Below, one piece after another: positions 28,065-37,354 of a stretch of 64,000 bases of DNA. The position numbers were made by a program, and so were the translations under genes. Below the pieces are notes generated by a model. The model was not told where the DNA came from. It searched no databases and saw nothing but the letters and a program-made list of their open reading frames with translations. The DNA comes from an uncultured delta proteobacterium (GTDB taxonomy: Bacteria; Desulfobacterota; Binatia; JACPRU01). The stretch covers positions 256,001 through 320,000 of the forward strand of contig CAVUWD010000011.1 in NCBI GenBank assembly GCA_963745025.1, written 5' to 3'. How positions within the stretch are numbered: the first letter of the stretch is position 1; every line of letters begins with the position of its first letter.

Positions 28065-28796
28065 TCAATCCCACGCATTCTCCCACCCCTCCTCATCGTC
28101 GTCCTCGTCGGCGGCTTCGGGCTTCTCTGCGTTCTTCTCGGCGGGGGCCGAAGGTGTCGGCCGTGGCGGGTGAAGCGCGTCGGCGACTTCGGCGGCGCTC
28201 GGGCAGCCGCGACAATCGAGACGCTTCCGCCACCACTCCGGGGCCTTGCCGTAGTGCTCGGTCACCTTCGCGTCGAGAGCGTCGAACTCTTTCCAAAGAC
28301 CGAGGATGTCCTTCAGTTGATCGCGCTCGCGGCGGCGTAGGCGGCGCAGGTCGTCGGCCTTCTGCTGCTCGACCTGGCTCGCCGCCAGGAAGGCGTCTCG
28401 CTGTCGATCGAGCGAGGCCTGCGCGGAGCGCGGGTCGCCGATCGCCGCGGGAACCCAGGCGCCGAATTGCTTCTCTTCGGTCTTGCGGATCTCGGTGCGA
28501 GTCTCCACGAGCGCACGGCCCGCGGCAGTGAGCTTGCGCTCGATGTCGTTCCGGCTGAGGCTCGCCTGGACCGAGAACGTCTCCTCGGGAGTCGCGTCGC
28601 GCCCCTTCAGGAGCGGTAACGCCGCGGAGTCTCGCTCTCCGCCGGGCGAGCCGGTGATGCTGTAGTGCATGTTGCCGTCCGCGTCCCGCCACTTGCGGAT
28701 CTCGTCGGCCGCGCCCCGTGCCACATCGAGAAGGCCAACGAATGCCAGCGCGAGGGCGCAGCGCGAGGTCGTGTTGAATTCACCGAACCGAGACAC
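28065..28796 (-). CDS. Secreted DUF4124-like protein
   Basis: Signal peptide followed by ADEIRKWRDADGNMHYS; coiled coil; acidic tail. Confidence 0.7.
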   Translation of the reverse strand: MSRFGEFNTTSRCALALAFVGLLDVARGAADEIRKWRDADGNMHYSITGSPGGERDSAALPLLKGRDATPEETFSVQASLSRNDIERKLTAAGRALVETRTEIRKTEEKQFGAWVPAAIGDPRSAQASLDRQRDAFLAASQVEQQKADDLRRLRRRERDQLKDILGLWKEFDALDAKVTEHYGKAPEWWRKRLDCRGCPSAAEVADALHPPRPTPSAPAEKNAEKPEAADEDDDEEGWENAWD

Positions 28797-28846
28797 TAGT
28801 GTCGGCCCAACGCGCGTTTCGCGCGTCCTCGAAGGAGGAAGCCGCC

Positions 28847-29059
28847 ATGGTGGAAAAGACGATCGACCTCACCGGAACTTCCTCGATTGGCATTGAGGAC
28901 GCGGTGAGCCTGGCCATCCAGCGAGCCGCCATCACCGTCAAGAACATCCGCCAGGCGAAGCTCGTGGACGCCGTCGCGCTCGTCGAGAACGACTCGGTCA
29001 TTCGCTGGCGCGTGCGCGTCGAGGTGACCTTCACGATTCACGATCAGCTCCACGAGTAA
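28847..29059 (+). CDS. Dodecin-family flavin-binding protein
   Basis: IDLTGTSSIGIEDAVSLAI...WRVRVEVTF; 70 aa. Confidence 0.88.
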   Translation: MVEKTIDLTGTSSIGIEDAVSLAIQRAAITVKNIRQAKLVDAVALVENDSVIRWRVRVEVTFTIHDQLHE

Positions 29060-29062
29060 CGG

Positions 29063-30061
29063 ATGACGGAGCGTGCCGAGGTCAAAGTCCGGGAAGTCCT
29101 GCCAGGCTTCCACCTGATCCACTTGCCGTTGCCGATGAGGCCGACGATCGTCAACGTGTATCTGGTCGACGGCGGCTCGGAATGGGGATTGATCGACACC
29201 GGGATGTACACTGCGGAAAGCGTCAAGGCCTTTCGTTCCGCGCTCGACGTCGCGGGCTGCCCCCCGGAGAAAATCCGCAAGATCATCTGTACCCACCATC
29301 ATCCCGATCACTTTGGCACATCGAGACCCTACCAGGAGCTCTGTCACGCCGAGGTGTTCCTCCATTCCCTCGAGGTGGCACCCGTCGCTAGGTTCCTCCC
29401 GCAGGCTCGCAGCCCGGAGACGATCCGCTTCTTCGAGCGGAACGGTATACCGATCGAGAGCTTCGCGAAAGTGCCGAGCTTGGGAGAATTCTGGAGGAAC
29501 ATGTACGCGCCCGCGCGGCCCGACCACCCCCTCGCGGATCGTGATCGCATCGCGATCGGCGAGCGGACGCTCGAAACAGTGTGGACCCCGGGGCATTCGC
29601 CGGGCCACTGCGTGATGTACTTTCGCAGCGAGAAGGTCGCCGTGGTTGGAGACCACCTGTTGCCGAGGATCACGCCGCACGTGGGTATCGTCTCGGACGA
29701 TGCCGGCGATCCGCTCGGCGATTTTCTCGCCTCGTTGCGAAAGGTCGGGGAGCTCGACGTCGAGACCGTGCTGCCCGCGCACGGCCCGGTCTACCACGAC
29801 CACCGCAAGCGCGTCACGCAGCTCATCGAGTTTCACGACTATCGAATGCAGGTGATGCTCGACATCCTCCGCGGCCGGCCACGCACCGCGTACAACGTCG
29901 CGCTCGAGGCGTTCGACCTCACGCCGCAGAGCCCGTTCCAGCAACAGTTTCCCGCTACCTTCGAAACCCTCGCGCACCTCGAGCGAATGCGGCTCCAGGG
30001 GCGCACCGAGAAGTTCGAGGTCGACGACAGAGTCCTGTGGCGGCCGAAGACCGCTCACTGA
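29063..30061 (+). CDS. MBL-fold metallo-hydrolase
   Basis: THHHPDH, TPGHSPGH, GDHLLP, PAHG. Confidence 0.92.
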   Translation: MTERAEVKVREVLPGFHLIHLPLPMRPTIVNVYLVDGGSEWGLIDTGMYTAESVKAFRSALDVAGCPPEKIRKIICTHHHPDHFGTSRPYQELCHAEVFLHSLEVAPVARFLPQARSPETIRFFERNGIPIESFAKVPSLGEFWRNMYAPARPDHPLADRDRIAIGERTLETVWTPGHSPGHCVMYFRSEKVAVVGDHLLPRITPHVGIVSDDAGDPLGDFLASLRKVGELDVETVLPAHGPVYHDHRKRVTQLIEFHDYRMQVMLDILRGRPRTAYNVALEAFDLTPQSPFQQQFPATFETLAHLERMRLQGRTEKFEVDDRVLWRPKTAH

Positions 30062-30359
30062 TCTACTGACCTTGAAGCGATAATAATTTTGGCCAAGAAG
30101 GACGCAGAGCCCGCACCCGACTGGGACGCGTCGCGAGCGCCAGACGAGCCGCGGGCCGTCTTTGGAGGCGCGAGAGGCGCCTAGGAAGAAGCTCGTGGCG
30201 GCCAAGTCGGGTGCGGGCACTGCATGCTCCACGGGTCCAAGTATTTTCGCTGCAAGGCTAATGAGGTAGACTTGCGCGGTTTCGCATGAAGATATGAGGT
30301 ACGAGGCGCAGTCGCCCTCCGGCGCTTCGGTAGGATCAGGAGGCTGCGATGAGGAGACG

Positions 30360-30557
30360 ATGAGACGTCCGAAGTATCGCTTGCTGTTCGACTGGCCGCC
30401 CTTCGAGCAGGCGCTGCGCGAAGCGGCCGGCCGGCGACGTTGGACCGCGGAGCAGATCGCCGCCGCGCTCCAGCGCGACCGGATCTGCACGATCGAGGTC
30501 GATGACATCGAAGCCCATCTCGACTGGCACGAGCGTCTCGGCTTCGTGGCCCTTTAG
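30360..30557 (+). CDS. Small hypothetical protein
   Basis: GAGGAG RBS before MRRPKYRLLF. Confidence 0.45.
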   Translation: MRRPKYRLLFDWPPFEQALREAAGRRRWTAEQIAAALQRDRICTIEVDDIEAHLDWHERLGFVAL

Positions 30558-30620
30558 TTTGGCGCCTCCGAGGTATGACGGGGACGGCGGCGACACTCCG
30601 CCCGTAGCGGGCTCACCGAG

Positions 30621-30640
30621 CGTTGACAATGGTGTCAACG
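30621..30640. promoter_or_regulatory. Perfect palindromic operator-like site
   Basis: CGTTGACA-ATGG-TGTCAACG directly upstream of the PAC2 gene. Confidence 0.6.
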
Positions 30641-30657
30641 TCCCCGATCCTGACCGC

Positions 30658-31419
30658 GTGGACGGCTTGACGATCGAATTTCGGCCCGAGCTCACGCAGC
30701 CGACGTTGCTGGTCGCGTTTGCCGGCTGGAGCGATGCCGGATCGGCGGCGACGAATGCCGTGCAGTACGTGGGAGCGCAGCTCGGCGCGAAGAAGTTCGC
30801 CACGATCGACGGCGAAGATTTCTTCGATTTCACCGTACAGCGGCCGCTCGTCCGTCTCGACGAGCAGCAGATCCGCCATCTGCAGTGGCCGTCCTACGAG
30901 TTTTCGGCGGCGCGGAACGTGGTTCTTGCGGTGGGGCCCGAGCCGCACCTGCGTTGGAAGACCTTCTGCGGTCTCGTCATGCGGGTAGTGGAAGAGCTGA
31001 AGATCGAGCGCATCGCGCTGCTCGGCGCGTTCCTCGCCGAGGTGCTCTACACGGATCCGGTGCCGCTCACTGGCTTCGCTTCCGACACGGCGATTCTCGA
31101 GCGCCTCAAGGTATCGCCGACCGCGTATCAGGGGCCGACCGGGATCGTTGGCGCGCTCGCAGACCGATTCCGGCGCTCCTCGCTGCCGGTCTTCAGCTTG
31201 TGGGCCGCGATCCCCCACTACATCGCCGCCGCGCCGAACCCGCGCGGAACGCTCGCTCTGCTGCTGAAGCTCAAGGAATGGATGGAGCTGCCGATCGACC
31301 TGGCGCCGCTCGAGGCGGCGGCGAGCGCCTTTCAGGCACAGCTCCTCGAGGCGGTCGAAGGCAATACGGAGCTCGCCAGCTACGTCCACGGGCTGAAAAA
31401 GGGCGAGACGTCGCATTAG
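30658..31419 (+). CDS. PAC2 (proteasome assembly chaperone) family protein
   Basis: VAFAGWSDAGSAAT, FFDFTVQRP, GPEPHLRW, YQGPTGIVG, WAAIPHY. Confidence 0.9.
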   Translation: MDGLTIEFRPELTQPTLLVAFAGWSDAGSAATNAVQYVGAQLGAKKFATIDGEDFFDFTVQRPLVRLDEQQIRHLQWPSYEFSAARNVVLAVGPEPHLRWKTFCGLVMRVVEELKIERIALLGAFLAEVLYTDPVPLTGFASDTAILERLKVSPTAYQGPTGIVGALADRFRRSSLPVFSLWAAIPHYIAAAPNPRGTLALLLKLKEWMELPIDLAPLEAAASAFQAQLLEAVEGNTELASYVHGLKKGETSH

Positions 31420-31423
31420 AGGA

Positions 31424-31496
31424 GGCTACAGGCTTCCGGCTACCGGAAAAGACACCTGGAGCCGTTGCGGTAGCCGGTGGTCGGTAGCCGGTAGTC
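31424..31496. repeat. Heptamer palindromic repeat, copy 2
   Basis: ggctac-aggcttc-cggctac-cgg ... cggtag-ccggtgg-tcggtag-ccggtag. Confidence 0.8.
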
Positions 31497-31505
31497 GTTC
31501 TCCCC

Positions 31506-32162
31506 ATGTCCGGCAAATTCACCGCGATGACCCCGCAGCTGCACGACTACGTCAAGCGGCTCTGCGTGCCCGCAGATCCTCTGTTGCAACGTCTCGTCGA
31601 GGAGACGGCGGCCCTCGGTCAGGTCGCGCGCATGCAGATCGCGCCCGACGAGGGAATACTCCTCCAGCTCCTCGCACGCATGATCGGGACGCGTTTCGCA
31701 ATCGAGATTGGCACCTTCACCGGTTACAGCGCCATCTCGATCGCGCGCGGTATCGCCGACGACGGCAAGCTCCTCTGCTGCGACGTCAACGAAGAATGGG
31801 CGGCGATCGCGAGGCGCTACTTTCGCGAGGCCGGCCTCGACCGGAAGATCGAGCTCCGCATCGCTCCTGCGCTCGAGACCCTGCGGTCGCTCCCGAAGGC
31901 CGAGAGCGTGGATTTCGCTTTCGTCGATGCCGACAAGCAATCGTACGCCGACTACTACGAAGAGATCCTGAAGCACCTGCGTCCAGGCGGGCTCCTCCTC
32001 ATCGACAACGTGTTTTGGGGCGGGAGCGTCGTCGACGCGAGCGATGAGTCCGGGTCCGCGCTGGCGATCCGCTCGCTGAACGAGCACGTCGCCGCCGACC
32101 AACGCGTCGACGCGGTGATCGTGCCGATCGCCGACGGGCTGACGATTGTGAGAAAGAAATGA
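31506..32162 (+). CDS. SAM-dependent O-methyltransferase (caffeoyl-CoA OMT-like)
   Basis: EIGTFTGYS, FVDADK, IDNVFW. Confidence 0.93.
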   Translation: MSGKFTAMTPQLHDYVKRLCVPADPLLQRLVEETAALGQVARMQIAPDEGILLQLLARMIGTRFAIEIGTFTGYSAISIARGIADDGKLLCCDVNEEWAAIARRYFREAGLDRKIELRIAPALETLRSLPKAESVDFAFVDADKQSYADYYEEILKHLRPGGLLLIDNVFWGGSVVDASDESGSALAIRSLNEHVAADQRVDAVIVPIADGLTIVRKK

Positions 32163-32166
32163 TGGA

Positions 32167-32235
32167 CGGCTACCGGCTACAGGCAAAGACTCCGCGGTGC
32201 CTTTGCGGAAGCCGGTAGCCGGAAGTCGGTAGCCG
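32167..32235. repeat. Heptamer palindromic repeat, copy 3
   Basis: cggctac-cggctac-aggc ... cggaag-ccggtag-ccggaag-tcggtag-ccg between convergent genes. Confidence 0.8.
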
Positions 32236-32239
32236 TTTG

Positions 32240-32854
32240 TCAACTTTTCCCGTTCTGAATCAGCGTCATGAACTCCTGACGCGTCGCCTGACGCGTCCGG
32301 AAGCTGCCGAGCATGGCGCTCGTGACGACGACCGAGTTCTGCTTCTCGACGCCGCGCATCCGCATGCACAGGTGCTCCGCTTTGAGCACCACGCCGACGC
32401 CGAGCGCGTCGAGCTCCGCCATCAGGGTCGTGGCGATTTGGGTCGTCATCCGCTCCTGGACCTGTAGTCGGCGGGCGAACACTTCGACGAGGCGAGCGAG
32501 CTTGGAAAGGCCGAGGATGTGGTGCTTCGGGATATAGGCCACCTGGGCTTTGCCGAAGAATGGCAGGAGGTGATGCTCGCAGAGAGAGAAGAAATCGATG
32601 TCGCGGCAGAGAATCATCTCCGAGTAGTCCTCGACGAAGAGAGCTCCGTTGATGATCGCCTTCGGGTCCTGACCGTAGCCGCTGGTGAGCACCTCGAAGG
32701 CTCGGGCGACCCGAGCGGGGGTCTTGACCAAGCCCTCGCGGCTCGGATCCTCGCCGACCTTCTCGAGAATCGCCCGCACATGGGGCTCGATGGCCCGTAA
32801 CCCGGGGGCGCGTAGTAGGCGAAGCCGGTTCTTGCGATTCCTGTCGACCTTCAT
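32240..32854 (-). CDS. folE: GTP cyclohydrolase I
   Basis: [30 protein letters not shown]. Confidence 0.96.
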   Translation of the reverse strand: MKVDRNRKNRLRLLRAPGLRAIEPHVRAILEKVGEDPSREGLVKTPARVARAFEVLTSGYGQDPKAIINGALFVEDYSEMILCRDIDFFSLCEHHLLPFFGKAQVAYIPKHHILGLSKLARLVEVFARRLQVQERMTTQIATTLMAELDALGVGVVLKAEHLCMRMRGVEKQNSVVVTSAMLGSFRTRQATRQEFMTLIQNGKS

Positions 32855-32963
32855 CCGGGGACCGTATAGCCCGGAATCAGGACTGAGTCAGCAGGGCTTT
32901 CGGCCTTCGGCTATCGGCCTTTGGTAAATGACTCCATGATTCCTTCGCCATAACGCCGAACCG

Positions 32964-33998
32964 CTACTTGCTCTTCTTCTCAAAAGCCTTGACCTTTTGA
33001 TACTTTCGATAATCGTAGCCGGTCGCCATCGCCATCAAGAGACCGTCCATGCCGCCATCCTCTTCGCGCCGCAGGATGCGCAGCCGGTCGTAGAACTTCT
33101 GGAAGTCTTGATTGATGCGAAAGCGGTCATCGAGCGGCCGCAGAAAGAAGTCCTTCAGACGAGTGACCGTGAAGCGGAGAGCCGAGAAGCGAAGCTCGTT
33201 CGGAAATGCGTCCCACTCGGCGAGCGAAAGTGTACGGAGCGATTCGTACCCGGAAATCAACGCTTCGAAGTGACGAAGTTGATATTTGCCGTCTACGAAG
33301 CAGAGCGCGTTGACGGCCGTGGCGAGATCATAGACGAACTTGCCCCGGCAGGCAGCCTCGAAATCGAGGATGCCGACGACCTTGTCACCCTTGAACAACA
33401 CGTTGTCGCAGAAGAGGTCACCGTGGATGATACCCTTCGGCAGCTTCCCCTCTAGGTAGTAGTGGAGATACTCCACTTCCTCGTCGAGCGTTCGCGCGAC
33501 CTTCTTGAAATAACTCGGCAGCTTTTCCCGAACATCCCGGTAGAGCTCGAAGATCCGCTCGAAGTTGAAGCGATTATCGATGCCCTTCTTGTAGCCTTTG
33601 CCGATCAGGTGCAGGGCCGCGAGCTCTCGACCGATGTTCTCGAGCGCACCAGGCGTGAGCTCGCTGGGATCGAAAGTATCACCCTCGATGTGCCGATAGA
33701 GGGAGATACACTTGCCGCCGAGCTCTCGATACTGACGGCCCTTGCGGTCAGGGAGCGGCTGCGGGCACGGAAACGCGTGCTTGCGCAGAAAGAGCAGCAG
33801 GTCGATCTCGCGTTTGACCTCGAGCTCGCTCTTTACTTCATCGATCTTGAGAAGGAATCTTCCTCGCGCGGTGTTGAGCAGGTAGTGCGTGTTGATCGAG
33901 CCCCGAGCGACTCCGTTCGTGACGAGAAGTTTTCCGAGCGCATAGTCCTCTACAATTTGCGCGAGCTCTTCGCGATCGATGAGTGTGTAGACAGTCAT
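32964..33998 (-). CDS. thrB: Homoserine kinase type II (APH fold)
   Basis: MTVYT, GSINTHY, LPKGIIHGDLFCDNVLF, LDFEAAC. Confidence 0.85.
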   Translation of the reverse strand: MTVYTLIDREELAQIVEDYALGKLLVTNGVARGSINTHYLLNTARGRFLLKIDEVKSELEVKREIDLLLFLRKHAFPCPQPLPDRKGRQYRELGGKCISLYRHIEGDTFDPSELTPGALENIGRELAALHLIGKGYKKGIDNRFNFERIFELYRDVREKLPSYFKKVARTLDEEVEYLHYYLEGKLPKGIIHGDLFCDNVLFKGDKVVGILDFEAACRGKFVYDLATAVNALCFVDGKYQLRHFEALISGYESLRTLSLAEWDAFPNELRFSALRFTVTRLKDFFLRPLDDRFRINQDFQKFYDRLRILRREEDGGMDGLLMAMATGYDYRKYQKVKAFEKKSK

Positions 33999-34039
33999 GA
34001 AACCCTCCCTCCACCTCGCAACCACCGCAACCTGCCGGG

Positions 34040-34069
34040 AGTCTAGAATCCTATATCAGCGAATGTCAA
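34040..34069 (-). promoter_or_regulatory. Sigma70-type promoter for thrB
   Basis: TTGACA-18 nt-TAGACT on the minus strand. Confidence 0.65.
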
Positions 34070-34187
34070 GGACTTTTCCCCTGTTGTCATTTTTGAACAG
34101 AGAGGAAGAGAAATTACGTAGCAACTAACAGACACCGGCCAAGCGCTCGACATTTCAGGGATTTATTTCGCGAGGACCGGAACCCAA

Positions 34188-34862
34188 TCAAACGCCGATC
34201 TGCGGGCAAATTGCGCCCAAGGGACAATTCTCACATTGGGGACTGCGCGCGAAGCACACTCGGCGTCCGTGATGGATGAGCCGGTGACAAAAGGCCGTCC
34301 ATTGTTTTGGAGTCAACAATTGTTTGATATCCTCTTCGATCCTATCCGGGTTTTCCGCACGGGTCAGACCCAATCGGTAACTCAACCGCTTGACGTGCGT
34401 ATCGACAAAAACTGCTTGCTCGCCGAAAGCAGTACCGAGCACGACGCTTGCCGTTTTTCGGCCCACTCCTTGCAAAGATGTAAGCTCCTCCATCGTCTGC
34501 GGAACTCTGCCAGCAAATCTTTTCCACACATGCTTGGCACACTCGCGAATCGCTTTCGCCTTCTGGCTGTAGAATCCCGTCTTGCGAATGAGGCTCTCGA
34601 TCTTCCGTTGGGGCGCTTGCGCAAGCGATGGCGGATCGGGAAACTGCTCGAAGAGCGCCGGTGTAACCTGGTTCACCATCTTGTCCGTAGATTGCGCCGA
34701 CAAAATTGTTGCCACGAGAAGCTGCCAGGGGTTCTCGAAATTCAGCTCGCACGTCGCATCGGGGTATGCTTCCTGGAGACGTGCGGCGATTCGCTCGGCA
34801 CGGTTGCGCCGCGCCAGGGCGCTCTCTCGGCGTGGGGCGCTGGGTTTCACCCTCGCCTTCAC
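34188..34862 (-). CDS. nth: Endonuclease III
   Basis: LVATILSAQSTD, HhH GVGRKTA, VDTHV, Fe-S motif C-x6-C-x2-C-x5-C. Confidence 0.95.
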   Translation of the reverse strand: MKARVKPSAPRRESALARRNRAERIAARLQEAYPDATCELNFENPWQLLVATILSAQSTDKMVNQVTPALFEQFPDPPSLAQAPQRKIESLIRKTGFYSQKAKAIRECAKHVWKRFAGRVPQTMEELTSLQGVGRKTASVVLGTAFGEQAVFVDTHVKRLSYRLGLTRAENPDRIEEDIKQLLTPKQWTAFCHRLIHHGRRVCFARSPQCENCPLGAICPQIGV

Positions 34863-36502
34863 GCCTGACGTCTCGCTTGCCGCAGCGGCCCGACCACTCC
34901 TTCGAGGTATTCGCGCGCCCGTTGCTCTCGCTTCGGCCGGCTCCAACCGAGGCGATCACCCATCAGATCCGAAGTCATCTGGGCAACTCCTGCCCCACCG
35001 TCGGCGCTCTTCAAGGCGACGTGCGTGCGGCGCCGGAGCACGTCGTCCACGCGAAGCGCCATTTCGGATTCCGCTGCGAAGGCGACCTCTGCGCGCAGAT
35101 CCGCTGCCTGGGGCGTCAACGGCTCGGCGAGCCCGGGAGCGCTCGCGAGCAGCGAGATGAGCTGCCGAGCCCTCGCTCCGTACCGCTCGAGTAAGGAATC
35201 GACGACGCCGGCGCGGATCCTCGGATCGCCGTCGACGGGCGCAGCGGCCCCTCCCGGAAGCGGCAGCGACTCCGTTCCCGATCGCCGACGGGTCTCGATG
35301 CCAAACCGCCGGCGCAGAACCCGGGCGACGCGGTCGACGACCCGGATTGCCACGCGGCGATAGGTGGTGAGTTTGCCGCCGCCGAGCGAGATCAAGCCCG
35401 AGCCGCTCTCGAACAGCGCTTCCTCACGAGATACTTCCGACGGCGCCTCGGCCTGCGTGCCGACGACTAGAGGCCGCAGCCCGGCAAAGGTGGAAACCAC
35501 GTCGCGCTCCTTCAGATGAGCTCTGGGAAAGTGAGCGTTCACCGTCTCGAGCAGGTAATCGATGTCGCTGGCATCCGCCGCGAGATCGTCGGGACTTCCG
35601 TCATAGTCGGTATCCGTCGTGCCGACGATCGTATGGTCCTGCCAGGGGATCACGAAGACGAGTCTGGCGTCGCGCGCCGCGTGAAGCGCGATCGCATGGC
35701 GGTTGCCGATGCGCTCCCTGGACACGACGATGTGCGCGCCCTTGGTCGGCCGGAGAATCGGCGTCGCGCGCGGGTCGTCGAGCCTGCGCACGCGGTCGAG
35801 CCAGGGTCCCGTGGCGTTGACGACCGCGCGGGCACGGACCTCGAGGCTCTCCCCCTCGCGATCGAGATCGCGGACGCGCGCGCCGGAGAGCCAACCTTGC
35901 TCGTCCTTCTCCAATGCTTCGACGCCCAAGTAGTTCACGCACACCGCGCCCGCTTGCTCCGCGCCGAGCACGTTCTCGAGCACCAGGCGGGCATCGTCGG
36001 TGAAACAGTCGTAATAGATCGCGCCGCCGCGCAGCCCCTCGGCGCGTAAGCCCGGCTCGGTGCGCTGGGCTCCCGCCGCGTCCACGATGCGATGGCGCTC
36101 GATGTTGCGAAACGCCGCCAGCAGGTCGTAGAGGAGAAGGCCAAACCGAAGCTTCCAGAGCGGCAGCGGCCCTCCGCGGTACACGGGAAAGAAGAAGCGC
36201 AGTGGAGTGACGAGATGCGGCGCGAGGCGGCGCCTCAAGAGATCGCGCTCGCGCGAGGCCTCGAGGACGAGCCCGAAGTCGCCGGTTTCGAGGTAGCGAA
36301 AACCACCGTGGATGAGCTTCGAGGATCGGCTGCTCGTCCCGCCGCCGAAGTCGCCCTTGTCGACGAGCGCAGTCTTGAGCCCCCGGAGCGCGGCTTCACG
36401 GGCGACGCCGGCGCCGTTGATGCCGCCGCCGATGACGAGGAGATCGAAGGGCTCTTCGCTCAGGCGGCGAATCCTGGTCGAGCGCAGATCCGCGGCGTTC
36501 AT
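34859..36502 (-). CDS. glpD: FAD-dependent glycerol-3-phosphate dehydrogenase
   Basis: IGGGING, GTSSRSSKLIHGGFRYL, VGTTD, GGKLTTYR. Confidence 0.94.
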   Translation of the reverse strand: MNAADLRSTRIRRLSEEPFDLLVIGGGINGAGVAREAALRGLKTALVDKGDFGGGTSSRSSKLIHGGFRYLETGDFGLVLEASRERDLLRRRLAPHLVTPLRFFFPVYRGGPLPLWKLRFGLLLYDLLAAFRNIERHRIVDAAGAQRTEPGLRAEGLRGGAIYYDCFTDDARLVLENVLGAEQAGAVCVNYLGVEALEKDEQGWLSGARVRDLDREGESLEVRARAVVNATGPWLDRVRRLDDPRATPILRPTKGAHIVVSRERIGNRHAIALHAARDARLVFVIPWQDHTIVGTTDTDYDGSPDDLAADASDIDYLLETVNAHFPRAHLKERDVVSTFAGLRPLVVGTQAEAPSEVSREEALFESGSGLISLGGGKLTTYRRVAIRVVDRVARVLRRRFGIETRRRSGTESLPLPGGAAAPVDGDPRIRAGVVDSLLERYGARARQLISLLASAPGLAEPLTPQAADLRAEVAFAAESEMALRVDDVLRRRTHVALKSADGGAGVAQMTSDLMGDRLGWSRPKREQRAREYLEGVVGPLRQARRQA

Positions 36503-37236
36503 CGCACCCCGAGCACGCGGTGAGTTTGCGGCAAGACGCGCACGTCGGCGAGCTCCGCCGAAGCGATGTCGTAGAAGCGTTCGAGGCTGGCCGCGGAGAT
36601 CTGCATGACGGCTTGGGGGGAGAAGATCGGCTGGAGAAAGAACACCACGGCGCGATCGACCGCCGCGACGAGGCGGGCGGCCTCGCGTACCTCCTCGTGG
36701 CGGGTATTCTCATCGACGGGCACTTTCACGTAGAGCTGCTTGCCGAGGCTCGCAGCGAGAAACCTGCGGTGCTCATCCCAAAACGGCGGCTCGCCGGAGT
36801 TCGATGACAGCTTGAGATCCATGCTGACGACGTCGACGAACGGAAGAATCGCCGCGAGGCGCTCTGGATACGTGCCGTTGGTCTCGAGCAGGATCGGCAA
36901 CGGCGGACGGGCGGTGCGGAGCAGCTCGGCGAGAAAGCTCGACTGCACGAGCGGCTCGCCACCGGTGATCGCCAGAGCAAGAAGGCCCGGCGAAGCGAGA
37001 AAGGGCTCGAGCAGAGACGACAGGATCTTGGCGTCGAGAGGATTCGGCACGACGCGCGTGGCTCCGTCGAGGCCATGGACGGTGCAGCTCGCCGTGCGTT
37101 CCAGGCTCTCCGGCGTATCGCAATAGCGGCAACGCAAGTTGCAGCCGGCCATGCGCAGGAACAAATGCCGGCGTCCCGCAAACAGTCCTTCCCCCTGGAA
37201 CGAGGTGAAAATTTCCGAAACGTAGCCGTTCGCCAT
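36499..37236 (-). CDS. queE: 7-carboxy-7-deazaguanine synthase (radical SAM)
   Basis: EIFTSFQGEG, CNLRCRYCDT, TGGEP, ETNG, LPQTH. Confidence 0.92.
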   Translation of the reverse strand: MANGYVSEIFTSFQGEGLFAGRRHLFLRMAGCNLRCRYCDTPESLERTASCTVHGLDGATRVVPNPLDAKILSSLLEPFLASPGLLALAITGGEPLVQSSFLAELLRTARPPLPILLETNGTYPERLAAILPFVDVVSMDLKLSSNSGEPPFWDEHRRFLAASLGKQLYVKVPVDENTRHEEVREAARLVAAVDRAVVFFLQPIFSPQAVMQISAASLERFYDIASAELADVRVLPQTHRVLGVR

Positions 37237-37354
37237 GCTGAGCGTTGGAACCTAGCACGCCGCGTCAGATGCGGCCATGTGGGAACTTCGCAACGGCGGC
37301 GGGCTTCCGGCTGCCCGCGGGGAAGGGGACGTTCTTGCCTTTCGTACGTCCCCT

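Noticed and set aside
32240-37236. folE and queE as a 7-deazaguanine DNA-modification (dpd) system
   Set aside because: They are embedded among housekeeping genes with no dpdA/tgt paralogue; ordinary folate and queuosine roles suffice.
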